A DNA stretch of 48,355 nucleotides from a virus (Duplodnaviria; Caudoviricetes). Positions 16,871 to 28,099 of this stretch are shown here, one piece after another. The notes below the pieces were generated by a model that did not search any database, was not told the DNA's origin, and saw only the letters and a list, made by a program, of their open reading frames with translations. A program made the position numbers and the translations under genes. Each line of letters opens with the position of its first letter. The stretch's first letter is position 1. Location of the stretch: positions 1 to 48,355 of the IMG/VR virus record IMGVR_UViG_3300029224_000058; one strand, 5' to 3'.

Positions 16871-17158
16871 ATGAAAAAGTATTGGGTAGTGTCTCAGTTT
16901 GAAATTTTTCTTATATTATCAAATAGGTAGGTTATTCGTACCTTTGTTTGTTAAAATTCATAAAACATTAAGAGTAACAAAATAAATAATTTTCCTGACG
17001 AAATCGTGTCGGGCGTATTAAATGAAATACATCAAGTGTACGCCCAAAGTGCGGGTATAATTGTTTTTCAGTATGTTGTTTTTTCCGACTAACTGAATTT
17101 AGGTGGTTATTTTATGGAATTATAAATGCTTAATATATTGCTTATACTAACCATTTTC

Positions 17159-17506
17159 TTATCTTTCAAATCCTTTCATGTAGTCCATTGACTGTATATT
17201 TCCGAACATTAGTGCTTCTAAGTCAACATTTTCAAGGTCTGATATAGCGAGCCACATTTGTATTTCCCATTGCTGGCATCTTGTTTCTATATCGGTATTC
17301 TCATTATATATCCACCGCCATAGTTGTGCTGCGACAATTTGCCTACTTGTTCCTACTTTAGAAAGTGCTTTTGCGTATTGTTCGAGTGTTCCGCCTTTTT
17401 CTTTAAATTTAAGGAATAGGTATGCTATATTTTGTGCTGAATTCTCTAATATTTTTTTTGTTTTGGTGTGTTTTTTATAGCTCCACCTTGCTGTTTCCTC
17501 ACTCAT
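17159..17506 (-). CDS. hypothetical protein, divergent from the portal gene
   Basis: 115-aa ORF with a near-consensus -7 box (AATATTTG) 4 nt upstream. Confidence 0.65.
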   Translation of the reverse strand: MSEETARWSYKKHTKTKKILENSAQNIAYLFLKFKEKGGTLEQYAKALSKVGTSRQIVAAQLWRWIYNENTDIETRCQQWEIQMWLAISDLENVDLEALMFGNIQSMDYMKGFER

Positions 17507-17543
17507 CCTGCAAATATTATAAAAGTTTCCTTAATTTTGAACT

Positions 17544-19661
17544 ATGGATAGTAATTTCTTACAGGTAAAAACGGAGAAAGAGAAGAATGAGGATAATAAA
17601 AAGTGGTATAAGGACTGGATGGATTTCATTCTTTCACGATATAATACTCAAACATATCGAAACAACTATGGCGGTGTCGGTGGTTCATCATCTCCTTCAA
17701 CGGGTGTTCATTCAATGGATTCTGATGCTGACGGTTTTGCAACTTCTCCTATTGAGAGGATACGCAGGAATTACTCTTACTTCTCTAACACACAGGATAA
17801 TAAACAGTTTGGGTTTACGACAACCGACACCGATAATCTCCCACTACCTTATGGTCAGGCATGGCAAAGAGTGCCTAAAACGCAGCAGCTTATAAAAGAT
17901 TTGATAGGTGGCACTTTAAAAGCGATGAAGCACCAAGATTTATACGCTCAATCTATAAGCCCTTCTGCACAGAATGAAAAAACGAACCTACTTGGGCTAA
18001 CGAGGCTGAAAGTTGACAACAAAGAATTATATGACGACCTTAATGAGTTAGGATTATCATTTACCCCATTGGGGGGGGTAGAAGATGAATTTGAGACGAT
18101 TGACGAGGTAGAATCCTTTATCAATAACGACTATAAAACACCTGTTGAGGTATATGGTGAAGTGATAAAAGAGGAGATAATTGCTCGAAATCACTATATG
18201 GATTACTATAATGAGGTGTTAAAGGCGGCTACAATAGGTGGCATTACGGCGACAGAAATTGTGGTAAAAAATGGAAAGACATATTGGGAAACATACGAAC
18301 CTGATAAGATAATATGGGATAATTCAAAGGACAAGCAGCATCATAGAGATTTTAGATTTATAGGTCTTATAGAGGAGAAAACACCAACAGAAATTCTCGA
18401 CATATATTCCGATGAGTTATCAGAAGAAGAGATTAAAGAACTATCAGAACTAACAAATAGCAAGACTGTCTCTACAAGTCGTGAGCTATCATTATTCGGT
18501 GAAAGCAATAATATCCCCGTTGTTACTGTCGTAAAAGGATATTGGATGGCAATAAAAAAAGACGGTGATGAGACCTACGCTACATATTATAAAGCGGTTC
18601 AGATTGCTGATATAGCCACAGTAGGACAAGGCTTGGTGGAGAATTTGGTGGAGAATTTTGATGATAGGAGGATAGTATATCCCCCCGTAGTATTATGGAC
18701 TCCCGACATGGTGAATGGGTCTCTTAATAGCTTTACTGGCAGAATGATACACAACCAAGACCTTATAGATTTTTATAAAAATGAAATGAACACAAAAATA
18801 CTCTTATCGCATGGTAAGGTAGCATTGGTGATGGCAGAAAATCTTGGCTCAAGCACTATGATGGACATAGTAAATGACTGGAAAAGATATGGTCTATCTG
18901 TTATAAATAATGCTGATGGTGATGATATAGAGAGTTTAGGGAATAAGTTTGCCCAAGTATTTGATTTTTCAAACTCACAAATAATACAGTCCTTAGATGC
19001 TCTTTTAAAAAATGAGGAGCGTATGATGGAAGAGATTACGAGTGCCAACGAAATTACAATGGGACAGCAAAGGAATTATATAAGTCAGGGGGCGCAGCAG
19101 ACGACAATAGAACAAGCAAAAAAAGGAGTTTTTGGCTTTTTTGAAGGCTTTTTAAATATGGTAGAATCACTCGTGCAAATGAGTGTGAATATAGAAAAAA
19201 GCCTTATACCCGTTAATAATGAAAAATATGCTATTCCGATAGTAAGTAAATTTGGAGAGAATTTTTTAGAAAAAATAAAAGAAATATCACTTGAAGATTT
19301 AAGGATACGCTTTAAATACCTTGACCCGATTACCGAAGACAAAATGAATAGGATTATGAACTACATTGAGAGAGAGGCTTCTATCCCTAACAGCCTGATA
19401 ACACCCGAAGATTTTGCTAATGCTCTTTCCTTTAAAACAACGACACAGCTGCAAAAATACTTTAAGAAAATAACGAAACGTGGTGAGAAACAAAAAGAAA
19501 GAGCATTAGAGGCTCAAATGTTACAAGCAGAACAGGAGCAAATGGCAAAAGGAGAAAGCAATATGGCTGTTGCCAGTATTTCTGCCGATGCCTCACGTGA
19601 TGTAGCAGAAACAAAAGCAGAAGCCGATTTATTGGCAACAGCAATGAAACAAGGGCAATAG
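17544..19661 (+). CDS. portal protein
   Basis: 705 aa, first gene of the head module, helical with a Q/A-rich C-terminal tail. Confidence 0.8.
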   Translation: MDSNFLQVKTEKEKNEDNKKWYKDWMDFILSRYNTQTYRNNYGGVGGSSSPSTGVHSMDSDADGFATSPIERIRRNYSYFSNTQDNKQFGFTTTDTDNLPLPYGQAWQRVPKTQQLIKDLIGGTLKAMKHQDLYAQSISPSAQNEKTNLLGLTRLKVDNKELYDDLNELGLSFTPLGGVEDEFETIDEVESFINNDYKTPVEVYGEVIKEEIIARNHYMDYYNEVLKAATIGGITATEIVVKNGKTYWETYEPDKIIWDNSKDKQHHRDFRFIGLIEEKTPTEILDIYSDELSEEEIKELSELTNSKTVSTSRELSLFGESNNIPVVTVVKGYWMAIKKDGDETYATYYKAVQIADIATVGQGLVENLVENFDDRRIVYPPVVLWTPDMVNGSLNSFTGRMIHNQDLIDFYKNEMNTKILLSHGKVALVMAENLGSSTMMDIVNDWKRYGLSVINNADGDDIESLGNKFAQVFDFSNSQIIQSLDALLKNEERMMEEITSANEITMGQQRNYISQGAQQTTIEQAKKGVFGFFEGFLNMVESLVQMSVNIEKSLIPVNNEKYAIPIVSKFGENFLEKIKEISLEDLRIRFKYLDPITEDKMNRIMNYIEREASIPNSLITPEDFANALSFKTTTQLQKYFKKITKRGEKQKERALEAQMLQAEQEQMAKGESNMAVASISADASRDVAETKAEADLLATAMKQGQ

Positions 19662-19679
19662 CGATAAAAATTAGCAAAT

Positions 19680-19710
19680 GTTGTAATTATATATTTTTAT
19701 TATACATTTG
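19680..19710 (+). promoter_or_regulatory. Bacteroidota sigma-A promoter
   Basis: GTTG-N19-TACATTTG. Confidence 0.7.
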
Positions 19711-19753
19711 TAAAGGCAAACGACTAAGTAGTCATTAGTAATATTAAAATAAT

Positions 19754-20725
19754 ATGGCAGAAGAAGTTAACGACCCTATAAAAGGGGAACAACCAGAAAG
19801 TAATGAAGCCGACGAAACACCTGTTGTAGAAAACGAAAGTTTAGAAAACAACAAAATTGAAGGTGCAGAAGGGTCTAAAAACCCTGAAATTCAAGAAAAT
19901 GTTGTCCCTAATACGCACCCTTTTTCTACCGCACCAGCAGAAAATAAAGAGGAAAAAATAGACTACAAAGCAATAATTGCTGAACGTGATACTGAGATAT
20001 CATCTCTTAGAGCGATGTTAGAAACAGAAGACGTTAAGTTTGTTTTAAAAGCAAAAGAGGAGGGAAAAACAGTTTTCGAGGCACTACAAGAAGTTGCACC
20101 GTTAAATGTTGACAGCTTAACACAAAATGACCTTTTAGAATTAAAACTAAAACGAGTTCAAGAAAGTCGCAACCTAAGTAGCGAAGCCATAGAAAAAAGG
20201 AGGGAGGCATACGCTGAGATGAGCGAAGTATTGCGTGAAGACGAGTTTGAAAGTTTTAGAACAGCATTACGAGGTGAGCAAAAGAAAAAAAGAGGCGAGA
20301 TTGACTTCGATATAAATAAGCAAGTTAATGCTGATAAAAACCTAACAGCAAAAATCGCCCAAGTAGAAAAAGAGTTTAACAATTCTTTTGATAATAGAGT
20401 TGAAGACTTAATAAAGAGCGGTGAATTATCGGAAAAACAAAAGGCAACATTTCTAAAAATAGCAGGGGAAATCCCTCCACAATATAAAATAGAAGATGGA
20501 GTTGTAATTGCAAATCCTGATATTTTAGCAGAGTTATGCTATTGGAGAACAAAATTCGCAGAAAAAGAAGCGGAGTTAGTTGCTTCAACAGAAACAAGGG
20601 TAAAAAAAGAGGAGGCGGATAAAAGGAGAAATATAGGAGCGGGATTACAATCACCAGCCACTTCTGAACAAGATGCCGATGCAGCGGAAAAATTCCGCAT
20701 TGATGCAATTAATAGTAGAAAATAA
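19754..20725 (+). CDS. head scaffolding protein
   Basis: Acidic disordered N-terminus, coiled coil; lies between portal and capsid genes. Confidence 0.7.
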   Translation: MAEEVNDPIKGEQPESNEADETPVVENESLENNKIEGAEGSKNPEIQENVVPNTHPFSTAPAENKEEKIDYKAIIAERDTEISSLRAMLETEDVKFVLKAKEEGKTVFEALQEVAPLNVDSLTQNDLLELKLKRVQESRNLSSEAIEKRREAYAEMSEVLREDEFESFRTALRGEQKKKRGEIDFDINKQVNADKNLTAKIAQVEKEFNNSFDNRVEDLIKSGELSEKQKATFLKIAGEIPPQYKIEDGVVIANPDILAELCYWRTKFAEKEAELVASTETRVKKEEADKRRNIGAGLQSPATSEQDADAAEKFRIDAINSRK

Positions 20726-20746
20726 TAAAAATCAAAAGAAAAAATA

Positions 20747-22114
20747 ATGGCACAAACAGGAATACAAACAGCGTCGTTCTTAAATAACGGTTCGTACCAA
20801 ACAATGATAAAACCGAGCGAGGGTAGGTACGCCTATAAAGATGCTCTTGGAAACTATGATGTTATTACCAACATTATCAACAAATTGAACCCAAAAGGTT
20901 CAATACGAGAGGATAATATGAGATACGGCATTACAACCCGTACGGGAATACGAGTGCCTCTATCAATAGCGAATTCTTCAAGTGTGCTGACAAATGGGAA
21001 CTTATTAGTGCATGTTTCCGTTCCAACAGGAATTGCATTAAGAAATGTTGTGCGTTTTCCTGATATTGTGCAAGATAGTAACTCTGTACAAGGGCGAGTA
21101 GTTAAGGTAAATAATGATACTGTTGAATTAGAAATTTCTGGGCGAACCACAGCGTGGAACGCTGCACTACATTATTTATCGGGTAAGACAATGGGAATTG
21201 TTGGTGATGCTAACAGTGTTTTATCGGGCGGAAGAAGCTCTATAAAATCTTTACTGACAAGCACGTACCAATACCACCAAATACTAAGGGACGGGCATTC
21301 TATTAATTCAGTAGATTTACTAAAACCAACATGGGCAGAATTTGATGGTAAATATTGGTGGAACTCTGATTTTGAAGATGTAAATTTACGTGTTTTCAAG
21401 TCAAGAGCGAATACGGACTGGTTTGGTCAAGCGAGCCTTACAGGTGAAGGAGACGGAGCGGTTTATACCTCAGAAGGATTGAGAGATGCTGTAATCCTTA
21501 GAAATCCCGAAGGATACCACCCATTAACCACACGCTTAACAGAAGATATATTACAAGACCTAATAACGAGGTACTCTGTAAGGATGGGCGGGAACGTTTC
21601 TGAATTACTATGCTGCTGCGGCACACCTGCACTCGCAAATGTGCAGAAGTTTTTAGCAAAATATATAATTACTGCGGGAACAAACAACACATTTGGGGGA
21701 CATGACGTTGAGGGTCTTGATATAACCTACTATGCTTTCGCTGGAGTAAAACTTGGATTTACTGCAACATCAATATTTACTGATACTGTTAACCTTGAAA
21801 GGTCAACAATTCAAGACGGAATTAGAAATGGTTTTACCATGTTTTTCTTTCCTACATACAACAAATCAGTAACATCAGCAGGGACGAAAGGACCTGTTCA
21901 GATTAAACATCTTGGACCTCGTGAATTATACGTTGGGCACATAAGAGGTATTGTTGACAAGGAACTTATCACTAATTCGTTAATCTCATCAGCAACCATT
22001 GACCCTTCTATGCCTGTTACGAGTTTGAATAATTCGTTTACGTATTATACTTATGAAACACGGTCTTTAGAGATTAATCCTGTAAACTTTATGTTAATAG
22101 AGTACGCTATTTAA
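20747..22114 (+). CDS. major capsid protein
   Basis: 455 aa, follows the scaffold gene; size and position fit a capsid protein. Confidence 0.75.
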   Translation: MAQTGIQTASFLNNGSYQTMIKPSEGRYAYKDALGNYDVITNIINKLNPKGSIREDNMRYGITTRTGIRVPLSIANSSSVLTNGNLLVHVSVPTGIALRNVVRFPDIVQDSNSVQGRVVKVNNDTVELEISGRTTAWNAALHYLSGKTMGIVGDANSVLSGGRSSIKSLLTSTYQYHQILRDGHSINSVDLLKPTWAEFDGKYWWNSDFEDVNLRVFKSRANTDWFGQASLTGEGDGAVYTSEGLRDAVILRNPEGYHPLTTRLTEDILQDLITRYSVRMGGNVSELLCCCGTPALANVQKFLAKYIITAGTNNTFGGHDVEGLDITYYAFAGVKLGFTATSIFTDTVNLERSTIQDGIRNGFTMFFFPTYNKSVTSAGTKGPVQIKHLGPRELYVGHIRGIVDKELITNSLISSATIDPSMPVTSLNNSFTYYTYETRSLEINPVNFMLIEYAI

Positions 22115-22149
22115 ATTAAATTTATATATATCTATAAAACAAAATTATA

Positions 22150-23451
22150 ATGATACCAAGTAGTCAAGAATTTCACGTAAAAAACTCTATGGGAGTCGGC
22201 GATGTTGATTATAGAGACGGGAACTTAAACGTATTAAACTGCGTACAGAAGTTTCCTGAAATATTTACGAAAAGCCTAACAAATGCGCCGTATTTCTTAA
22301 AATCACTACAAGAAATACTTGCGAGAAACACATATAGCTTCACTGCTACGGCTAATACTATTTATAAAATGGTATTAGCGCAGGTGGTGAGCCAAAATGG
22401 GGCATTAACCTATTTTGATATTCAGTTTGATAGTACGGGGACTACTGCAACAAATGCAGTAATACAATCGGGTCTAATGGCTTCCGTTAACAGCTATCCT
22501 GCGCTTAAAGCTACTGCAACTGTTGCAGCAGCGAATAGTTTTACCGTAACAGCAGAGGCGGGAACGGCAATATATTTTGCTCAAAACCTAAGCAATTTAA
22601 CAGAAACAGCATCACAAACAACTTATACAGCGAGTGGTACTGCTAATATTGCTATAACCACTGTTATTGCTCCTCACGCTACGGCAGGAACAGCAATAGC
22701 AGGCACGAATGTGGTTACGATAACCACAGCCGCAGCACATCTTTTAAGAGCAGGTGATTATGTTGAGATAACGACTACCGCAGGGTTTTTAATAACATAC
22801 ATTGACCGTGTCCCATTATCAAATAATGCTGATTTTGGTAAGTCGTTCAGTAGTTCTACGACCTGCAAGGCAAGAGTTGGCTCAACGCCTTCTACTACAA
22901 CCTTCACACTTGACGAAGTTACTGGTAATGGCGTTACTAACACAGGAACGATTACTATTAACACCTTAAATGCAGCGTTTTTAACGACTGCGGGTGCTGA
23001 AACAATTACTACTGGAAAAAAACTTACTATTGCCAGTGTTGCTACAATGACCATTTCAGAAATAAGAAACGATGTAGTAGCAACGGCAGGGGCAAGTGGA
23101 ACATTTAGAGTAGGAGTAGGGGGGGCAGCAGCAACCCGATTCTTAATTGAAGGCATTAATACTAACGGCTCTTTAAATTCAGGAACGATTACTATTACTG
23201 AAAAAGCACAAAACTCTCAATTTACAGGGACAGACCTTATTGAAGATATGGGAAGTACTAAAGGAGGCGTTATATCGACAAATACATACTCTCAAATTAC
23301 CTTTAATTTTGGAGAAATTGGAGAGGATTATATAGCCTCTACAAATAGTATTTCTAAATTCGCTGGTCTATTTTTTAATGAAAGCGATGCTGATTCATCG
23401 CTTATACAATTTGAATTGTACAAAGCCCTTGAGAAGGGTTACGTGCGATAA
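22150..23451 (+). CDS. capsid decoration/auxiliary structural protein with inserted beta-barrel repeats
   Basis: T/A/G-rich; follows the MCP; TITTAAAHLLRAGDYVEI motif. Confidence 0.65.
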   Translation: MIPSSQEFHVKNSMGVGDVDYRDGNLNVLNCVQKFPEIFTKSLTNAPYFLKSLQEILARNTYSFTATANTIYKMVLAQVVSQNGALTYFDIQFDSTGTTATNAVIQSGLMASVNSYPALKATATVAAANSFTVTAEAGTAIYFAQNLSNLTETASQTTYTASGTANIAITTVIAPHATAGTAIAGTNVVTITTAAAHLLRAGDYVEITTTAGFLITYIDRVPLSNNADFGKSFSSSTTCKARVGSTPSTTTFTLDEVTGNGVTNTGTITINTLNAAFLTTAGAETITTGKKLTIASVATMTISEIRNDVVATAGASGTFRVGVGGAAATRFLIEGINTNGSLNSGTITITEKAQNSQFTGTDLIEDMGSTKGGVISTNTYSQITFNFGEIGEDYIASTNSISKFAGLFFNESDADSSLIQFELYKALEKGYVR

Positions 23452-23460
23452 TCTTTACTT

Positions 23461-23484
23461 AGGGGGAGCAATCCCCTTATTTTA
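23461..23484 (+). terminator. intrinsic terminator
   Basis: AGGGG-GAGCAAT-CCCCT followed by TATTTT. Confidence 0.6.
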
Positions 23485-23516
23485 TGACTTATTAAACATA
23501 ATTTCAATTAAACACA

Positions 23517-24599
23517 ATGAATAAAATAGAAAAAGGTATTGCAGATAGTTATTCTTACTGGAAGGACAAAAAAGGACTGCAATCTGTCCATGTTTCATCG
23601 ATTACAGAAGGAGGAAATTTTAATACAAGATTTGACTGCCATCATTACATAGGTAAAAACGAGCAAAAAATAATAGTTAATAAAACCGTTGATATTGATA
23701 TTAAGGGGAATAGAGCCTCTTTTGACAGTGTTATTTCCGAATATTCAGTCCCCTATGTAAGGAGAGGAGAACCCTTAATCTTTCAGATAGATTTTGATAC
23801 CGATGCAGGAAAACTACTTTGGATAGCACTTATATTATCACCTGAAATAAACGTAGAAGGGGAAAAATCATTTTGTAATAAAAGTCTTTTACCAAGATTT
23901 GAACTAACTATCCCTTCACGAGTTGCGGATGGAATATATAGAGTGATAAAAGATAAAGCCTCTATTATGCAGACCGTACTAAGTTATGATTTGCAGGATT
24001 TGATACACTTAGTTTTCTTCTTAGGAAAATCGCCGTTTTCTTCACCATCAAAATATATGTCTTTTTCAGAGATTTTTGGGGCATTAATAGGTAGTGATTT
24101 GAATGGGTGGATATTTAGCAATATCAGTGGTGTAAAAAAATACCACTCTAAATCAGACAACCCACGAAGAGCAATTAAGATACTATTTAGAAAAGGAGTT
24201 GTTTATGATATAGTAAAAGAACAGGATGGGATATTTATTTCTAATGAAGCCGATACGCTTGGGCATAATGAAGAAACATCTTTAGAGTTTCTTTTAAATA
24301 ACCCTTCTACTGCGGATAGGCTAAAACTGAAAGTAGCACAAAAAGAAACGACTCTTGAGCCTATTGGTGATTCAAAAGAAGACATTGTAAATAAGATAAA
24401 AAATACAGGTTCAGAAGAAAAGAACAACTATGATTTGTCAGAAGAAACCAAAGAAAACAAAATGTCCGTAATTAAAACCCTTGTGGAACAAGGAAATACG
24501 CAGCGTCAAATCGCTGAAATGACAAAGCTAAGTGTTTCTATGGTAAACCACTTATGGAAAGATGTTGAGAGTGTTGAGAAAAAACTCGACAATGGATAA
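23517..24599 (+). CDS. hypothetical protein with a C-terminal HTH
   Basis: GNTQRQIAEMTKLSVSMVNHLW HTH signature. Confidence 0.7.
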   Translation: MNKIEKGIADSYSYWKDKKGLQSVHVSSITEGGNFNTRFDCHHYIGKNEQKIIVNKTVDIDIKGNRASFDSVISEYSVPYVRRGEPLIFQIDFDTDAGKLLWIALILSPEINVEGEKSFCNKSLLPRFELTIPSRVADGIYRVIKDKASIMQTVLSYDLQDLIHLVFFLGKSPFSSPSKYMSFSEIFGALIGSDLNGWIFSNISGVKKYHSKSDNPRRAIKILFRKGVVYDIVKEQDGIFISNEADTLGHNEETSLEFLLNNPSTADRLKLKVAQKETTLEPIGDSKEDIVNKIKNTGSEEKNNYDLSEETKENKMSVIKTLVEQGNTQRQIAEMTKLSVSMVNHLWKDVESVEKKLDNG

Positions 24600-24909
24600 C
24601 AGCAGCAAAGATATTAATAAAAAAATAACTGATGTTAGAAACTCTTATGTACTTGCGGTTATAAAAAGTATAGAGCGGTTAACAAAAGAGCTTAATGATG
24701 AGTTAAAAAACAAAGAGCCTTTATTAAGTGCTACCGACAGAAGATTTGATAGGGTTAGGGGGCTTCTTAACGATGCCCCTAAAACTCTTGAGACCTTAGC
24801 TTCTCTATCAAAAGAGGGTGATGTAACAACAAAAGAAAAACCGATATTAAGAAATAAAAACGGGAATAGAGTAAACGACCCTGACCAAGAAAAGAAAATA
24901 TTTGTATAA
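24562..24909 (+). CDS. probable terminase small subunit
   Basis: Small helical gene directly before terL; true start probably MDNSS. Confidence 0.5.
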   Translation: MLRVLRKNSTMDNSSKDINKKITDVRNSYVLAVIKSIERLTKELNDELKNKEPLLSATDRRFDRVRGLLNDAPKTLETLASLSKEGDVTTKEKPILRNKNGNRVNDPDQEKKIFV

Positions 24910-24911
24910 TA

Positions 24912-26714
24912 ATGCCTTTAAAACAAATAAGAAATGGCGGGTATAAATACGCTCACATTCCTCCTGTTTTTAAAACAACCTTAGAAGCTCAAAGGTTTTG
25001 GGCTAATGAAAGAAAAAAGTGGATAGAAGGGTGGAGGGATTTAACGGGGCGACAATATCATTTCTTAACACAGGGTTATATTATGAGCGGTACGGGGATG
25101 GTAATGAAACCTCTTTACCGTTTTGATGATAGAGTTACGTTTGAAGCACTAACAAAGTCAGATACTACCTTTAGAGATACTGCTGTTGTGTCGGGTCGTG
25201 GTGTTGGAAAAACCGTTCTACTGTCCCACGACAGCATTTATAATTCCCATATTAAAATGGGATGCCGACAGTTGGTAACGGCTTGTGATTTAGGTCGTTT
25301 AGGAAAGTTCTTTAAAGATAAAATAGACGACATTGTTACCAATATGGATGTAGAAATTAGCCCTTCATTTCGTGGCGGAGGATATTCTAATAAGCAAGGA
25401 TACCCCGAAAGGGAGCTAAAATATGGGATAAAAATAAAAGGGCAAGAGAAAATAGTAAGTAGCCACATATTCGGAAGGCAGACAAGTCAATCCCAAAACG
25501 ACGTTACCAATCTATCAGGTTCACGGGGGGTACGCCTCACCATTGAAGAACCTTTTTTACACGCTTACCTTACAAAATTACTGGCAACGGGAAATGAACT
25601 TGTATCAGAGAACGGCGTAAGGATAGGGAGTATATTAATGGCAGGGACATTAGAAGAAGAGAGTCCTCAAAGTGCTATAAATGAGCTTGTAAATCTATTA
25701 GAGGTAAAAGATGAGATAGGGATGGAGGTTATTTTTCTGCCTTTCCATCACGGAATGAATTTAAGAGCTGATGGGACTTCTGATGTAGAGCAAGCAATCA
25801 GGGAATGGGAAGAAACGGCGGAAAGGTTTGATAAAATGGAGGATAAAACATTTTTATTAAACCACAAAAAAAATAGACCTCGCACCATCGCCGATGTTAT
25901 TACGCTGAGTACGGAAGGTGATTTGCCTCCTGAAGCAAAAGCAAATATTGATGAGCAAAAATTAAGGATTAAAAGTGAAAAGGTAAAAATTGATAGAATT
26001 ATTTTCGGGAAAACAGAAAAGAAATTAAGCAGTGAAGGGAAAATACTGATATTAGAACACCCCGTTGAAGGGGTAGAATATATTGCAGGCACTGACCCTA
26101 TTCAGATGATAAATACAGGGGGGACAAAGGGTTCTAAATTTGTTACAATAGTAATGAACCCTATAACTATGCAACCTGTTGCATTATATGCCGAGAGAAA
26201 TCTTAATGAAGATATTGTTGTCCATAATGTTGTTTCCCTATTAGAGTATTATAATGATGCTAAAAATATGGTAGAGGCAAATGCTGGACACGTATTCTTT
26301 AAGGCAATGATAGAATTGCACAAAACAAAACTTTTAGCACGGCAGCCTAAAAAAACGGGGCTGGCAATAAAAGAGAGTGCGGGGAAACCATTATGGGGCG
26401 TTCGTATTACCAGTTCAAAAGAGGCTACTAATATTTCACACGCACTATTAGTAAAATACTTTCTAAAATATACTAATTTAATATGGTTCGCAGACATTCT
26501 CGCTGATGTTAGCAACTATCCACAAGAGAACTCCGATTATATTGATGCCTTGAAATGCTGCTTAATATATATTAAGGAATTAGAGATAAGGAAACGAATA
26601 GCCAGTAAAAACAAAATGCAGAAAAAAGAAATTGTATCTATGTACACAGACCATACTGGAAGAAAAGTATATGGAAAAATAATAGTAGAAGTACCCACAA
26701 ATGAGAACAATTAA
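24912..26714 (+). CDS. terL: terminase large subunit
   Basis: Walker A SGRGVGKT, Walker B LTIEE, nuclease motifs AGTDP, VEAN, DYIDA. Confidence 0.9.
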   Translation: MPLKQIRNGGYKYAHIPPVFKTTLEAQRFWANERKKWIEGWRDLTGRQYHFLTQGYIMSGTGMVMKPLYRFDDRVTFEALTKSDTTFRDTAVVSGRGVGKTVLLSHDSIYNSHIKMGCRQLVTACDLGRLGKFFKDKIDDIVTNMDVEISPSFRGGGYSNKQGYPERELKYGIKIKGQEKIVSSHIFGRQTSQSQNDVTNLSGSRGVRLTIEEPFLHAYLTKLLATGNELVSENGVRIGSILMAGTLEEESPQSAINELVNLLEVKDEIGMEVIFLPFHHGMNLRADGTSDVEQAIREWEETAERFDKMEDKTFLLNHKKNRPRTIADVITLSTEGDLPPEAKANIDEQKLRIKSEKVKIDRIIFGKTEKKLSSEGKILILEHPVEGVEYIAGTDPIQMINTGGTKGSKFVTIVMNPITMQPVALYAERNLNEDIVVHNVVSLLEYYNDAKNMVEANAGHVFFKAMIELHKTKLLARQPKKTGLAIKESAGKPLWGVRITSSKEATNISHALLVKYFLKYTNLIWFADILADVSNYPQENSDYIDALKCCLIYIKELEIRKRIASKNKMQKKEIVSMYTDHTGRKVYGKIIVEVPTNENN

Positions 26715-27000
26715 AGATATTAATAACAGGGCGGAAATAGAGGGGAAGTTAGAGGTGTATAGCTGCCTTCTAAAATATATAAAGGGGTATTCTATTATTC
26801 GTGATATTGTAAATAAAAAGCTAAAAAAAGAAAACTTGACAGGTATATCGCAAGATGTTGTATATAGAATGCTTAAAAAAAAGCATTTACCTGATGAATA
26901 TGTTGCTCGAATTGTCTTAGAGGCTTGTGATGAGTTCTATTCATCAATTGTGATTGAGATGAATAAAATTTCATTAGCTTTGTATAGGACACAATCTTAA
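26701..27000 (+). CDS. small protein, possibly DNA-binding
   Basis: Overlaps the terL stop; HTH-like ISQDVVYRMLK. Confidence 0.55.
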   Translation: MRTIKDINNRAEIEGKLEVYSCLLKYIKGYSIIRDIVNKKLKKENLTGISQDVVYRMLKKKHLPDEYVARIVLEACDEFYSSIVIEMNKISLALYRTQS

Positions 27001-27007
27001 TAAAATA

Positions 27008-28072
27008 ATGACAGGTGCAGAATACGGTAGATATTTAAAGCAAAAGTTTGACCAGCCTTACAGTACTTACTACGATGATGCTAAGCTGAATGCTATTATT
27101 GCAGAAAGCCTTTCGAGAACGGTAGAAAAAAAATACCTGCAACTAAGAGAGCAAAAGCAATACGATGAGCTACGAAATCTTATAAAAACAAATATCAGTG
27201 TTACATTAGTAAATGGACTTTTATATTTAGATGCTTTGCAAATAAGCAATGCTACTTTCGTTACTGCGGCAGGGGTGGTTACAGCAACGATAACCACTGC
27301 AAAACCACATTATTTGTCAAATATACAAAGTGTTGCGATAAGCGGCGTGCAGGGCGTAACACCCGACCCTAACGGCACGTTTACTGTTAGCAACATAACG
27401 GCAAATACTTTTGACTACACCTTTGCAGGAACGGCAGGGGGTACTTACATTACTAATAGCGGAATAGCAACGCCAAGTAATTCTATCACTGATTATATGC
27501 ACTATTTGTTTTCTGAAATCCTCGTTTTGGAGGATATAAAAGACATTTTTGCAGTAAAAGTAGGCACAGAAACAACGGTAACAACGAATACAGCGCACTA
27601 CCTTAGAACGGGAGATAACACTACTATTATAAACACGGCGGGCGTAACTGGGCTAAACCAATATCACCAAAATATAAGAGTGTTAAATAGCACTAAATTT
27701 ATTGTAGGAACAACATCAGGGGCATATACAGGCGGAGGAACGGTTCAACGAACACAATATAACGAGGCACGGATACGTCGTTCAGACCAAAAAGGATTTG
27801 TTTATACAGAACCTACCAATAGGTATCCAAAATACGATATAGGCGATGGGGTATTATTTTATCAGCCTTTAACTACGCAAGTAAACATAGATTACATTAC
27901 TAAAATACCATTTGTGATTGATGTAGCCGATACTATTGTAGATTTAGAAATTTGGTATCCTGATAAATTCTTATTTTTTCTTGCTGATGAGATAACTCAA
28001 AATGAAGGCACACAAGTGAGAGACCAAGAAATTCAGGCATCAGCAGCACGGGCAATTATTGATAACCCATAA
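27008..28072 (+). CDS. tail ring/tubular (head-tail adaptor) protein with two inserted beta-barrel repeats
   Basis: Helical N-terminus, C-terminal IDYITKIP; inserts ATITTAKPHYL...NGTFTV and TTNTAHYLRTGD. Confidence 0.65.
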   Translation: MTGAEYGRYLKQKFDQPYSTYYDDAKLNAIIAESLSRTVEKKYLQLREQKQYDELRNLIKTNISVTLVNGLLYLDALQISNATFVTAAGVVTATITTAKPHYLSNIQSVAISGVQGVTPDPNGTFTVSNITANTFDYTFAGTAGGTYITNSGIATPSNSITDYMHYLFSEILVLEDIKDIFAVKVGTETTVTTNTAHYLRTGDNTTIINTAGVTGLNQYHQNIRVLNSTKFIVGTTSGAYTGGGTVQRTQYNEARIRRSDQKGFVYTEPTNRYPKYDIGDGVLFYQPLTTQVNIDYITKIPFVIDVADTIVDLEIWYPDKFLFFLADEITQNEGTQVRDQEIQASAARAIIDNP

Positions 28073-28099
28073 AACGGGTTTTTCTTTTATCTTTGTTTT

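Noticed and set aside
16498-16902. 134-aa ORF on the plus strand
   Set aside because: Overlaps the G-runs, hairpin, tRNA and a promoter; implausible composition.
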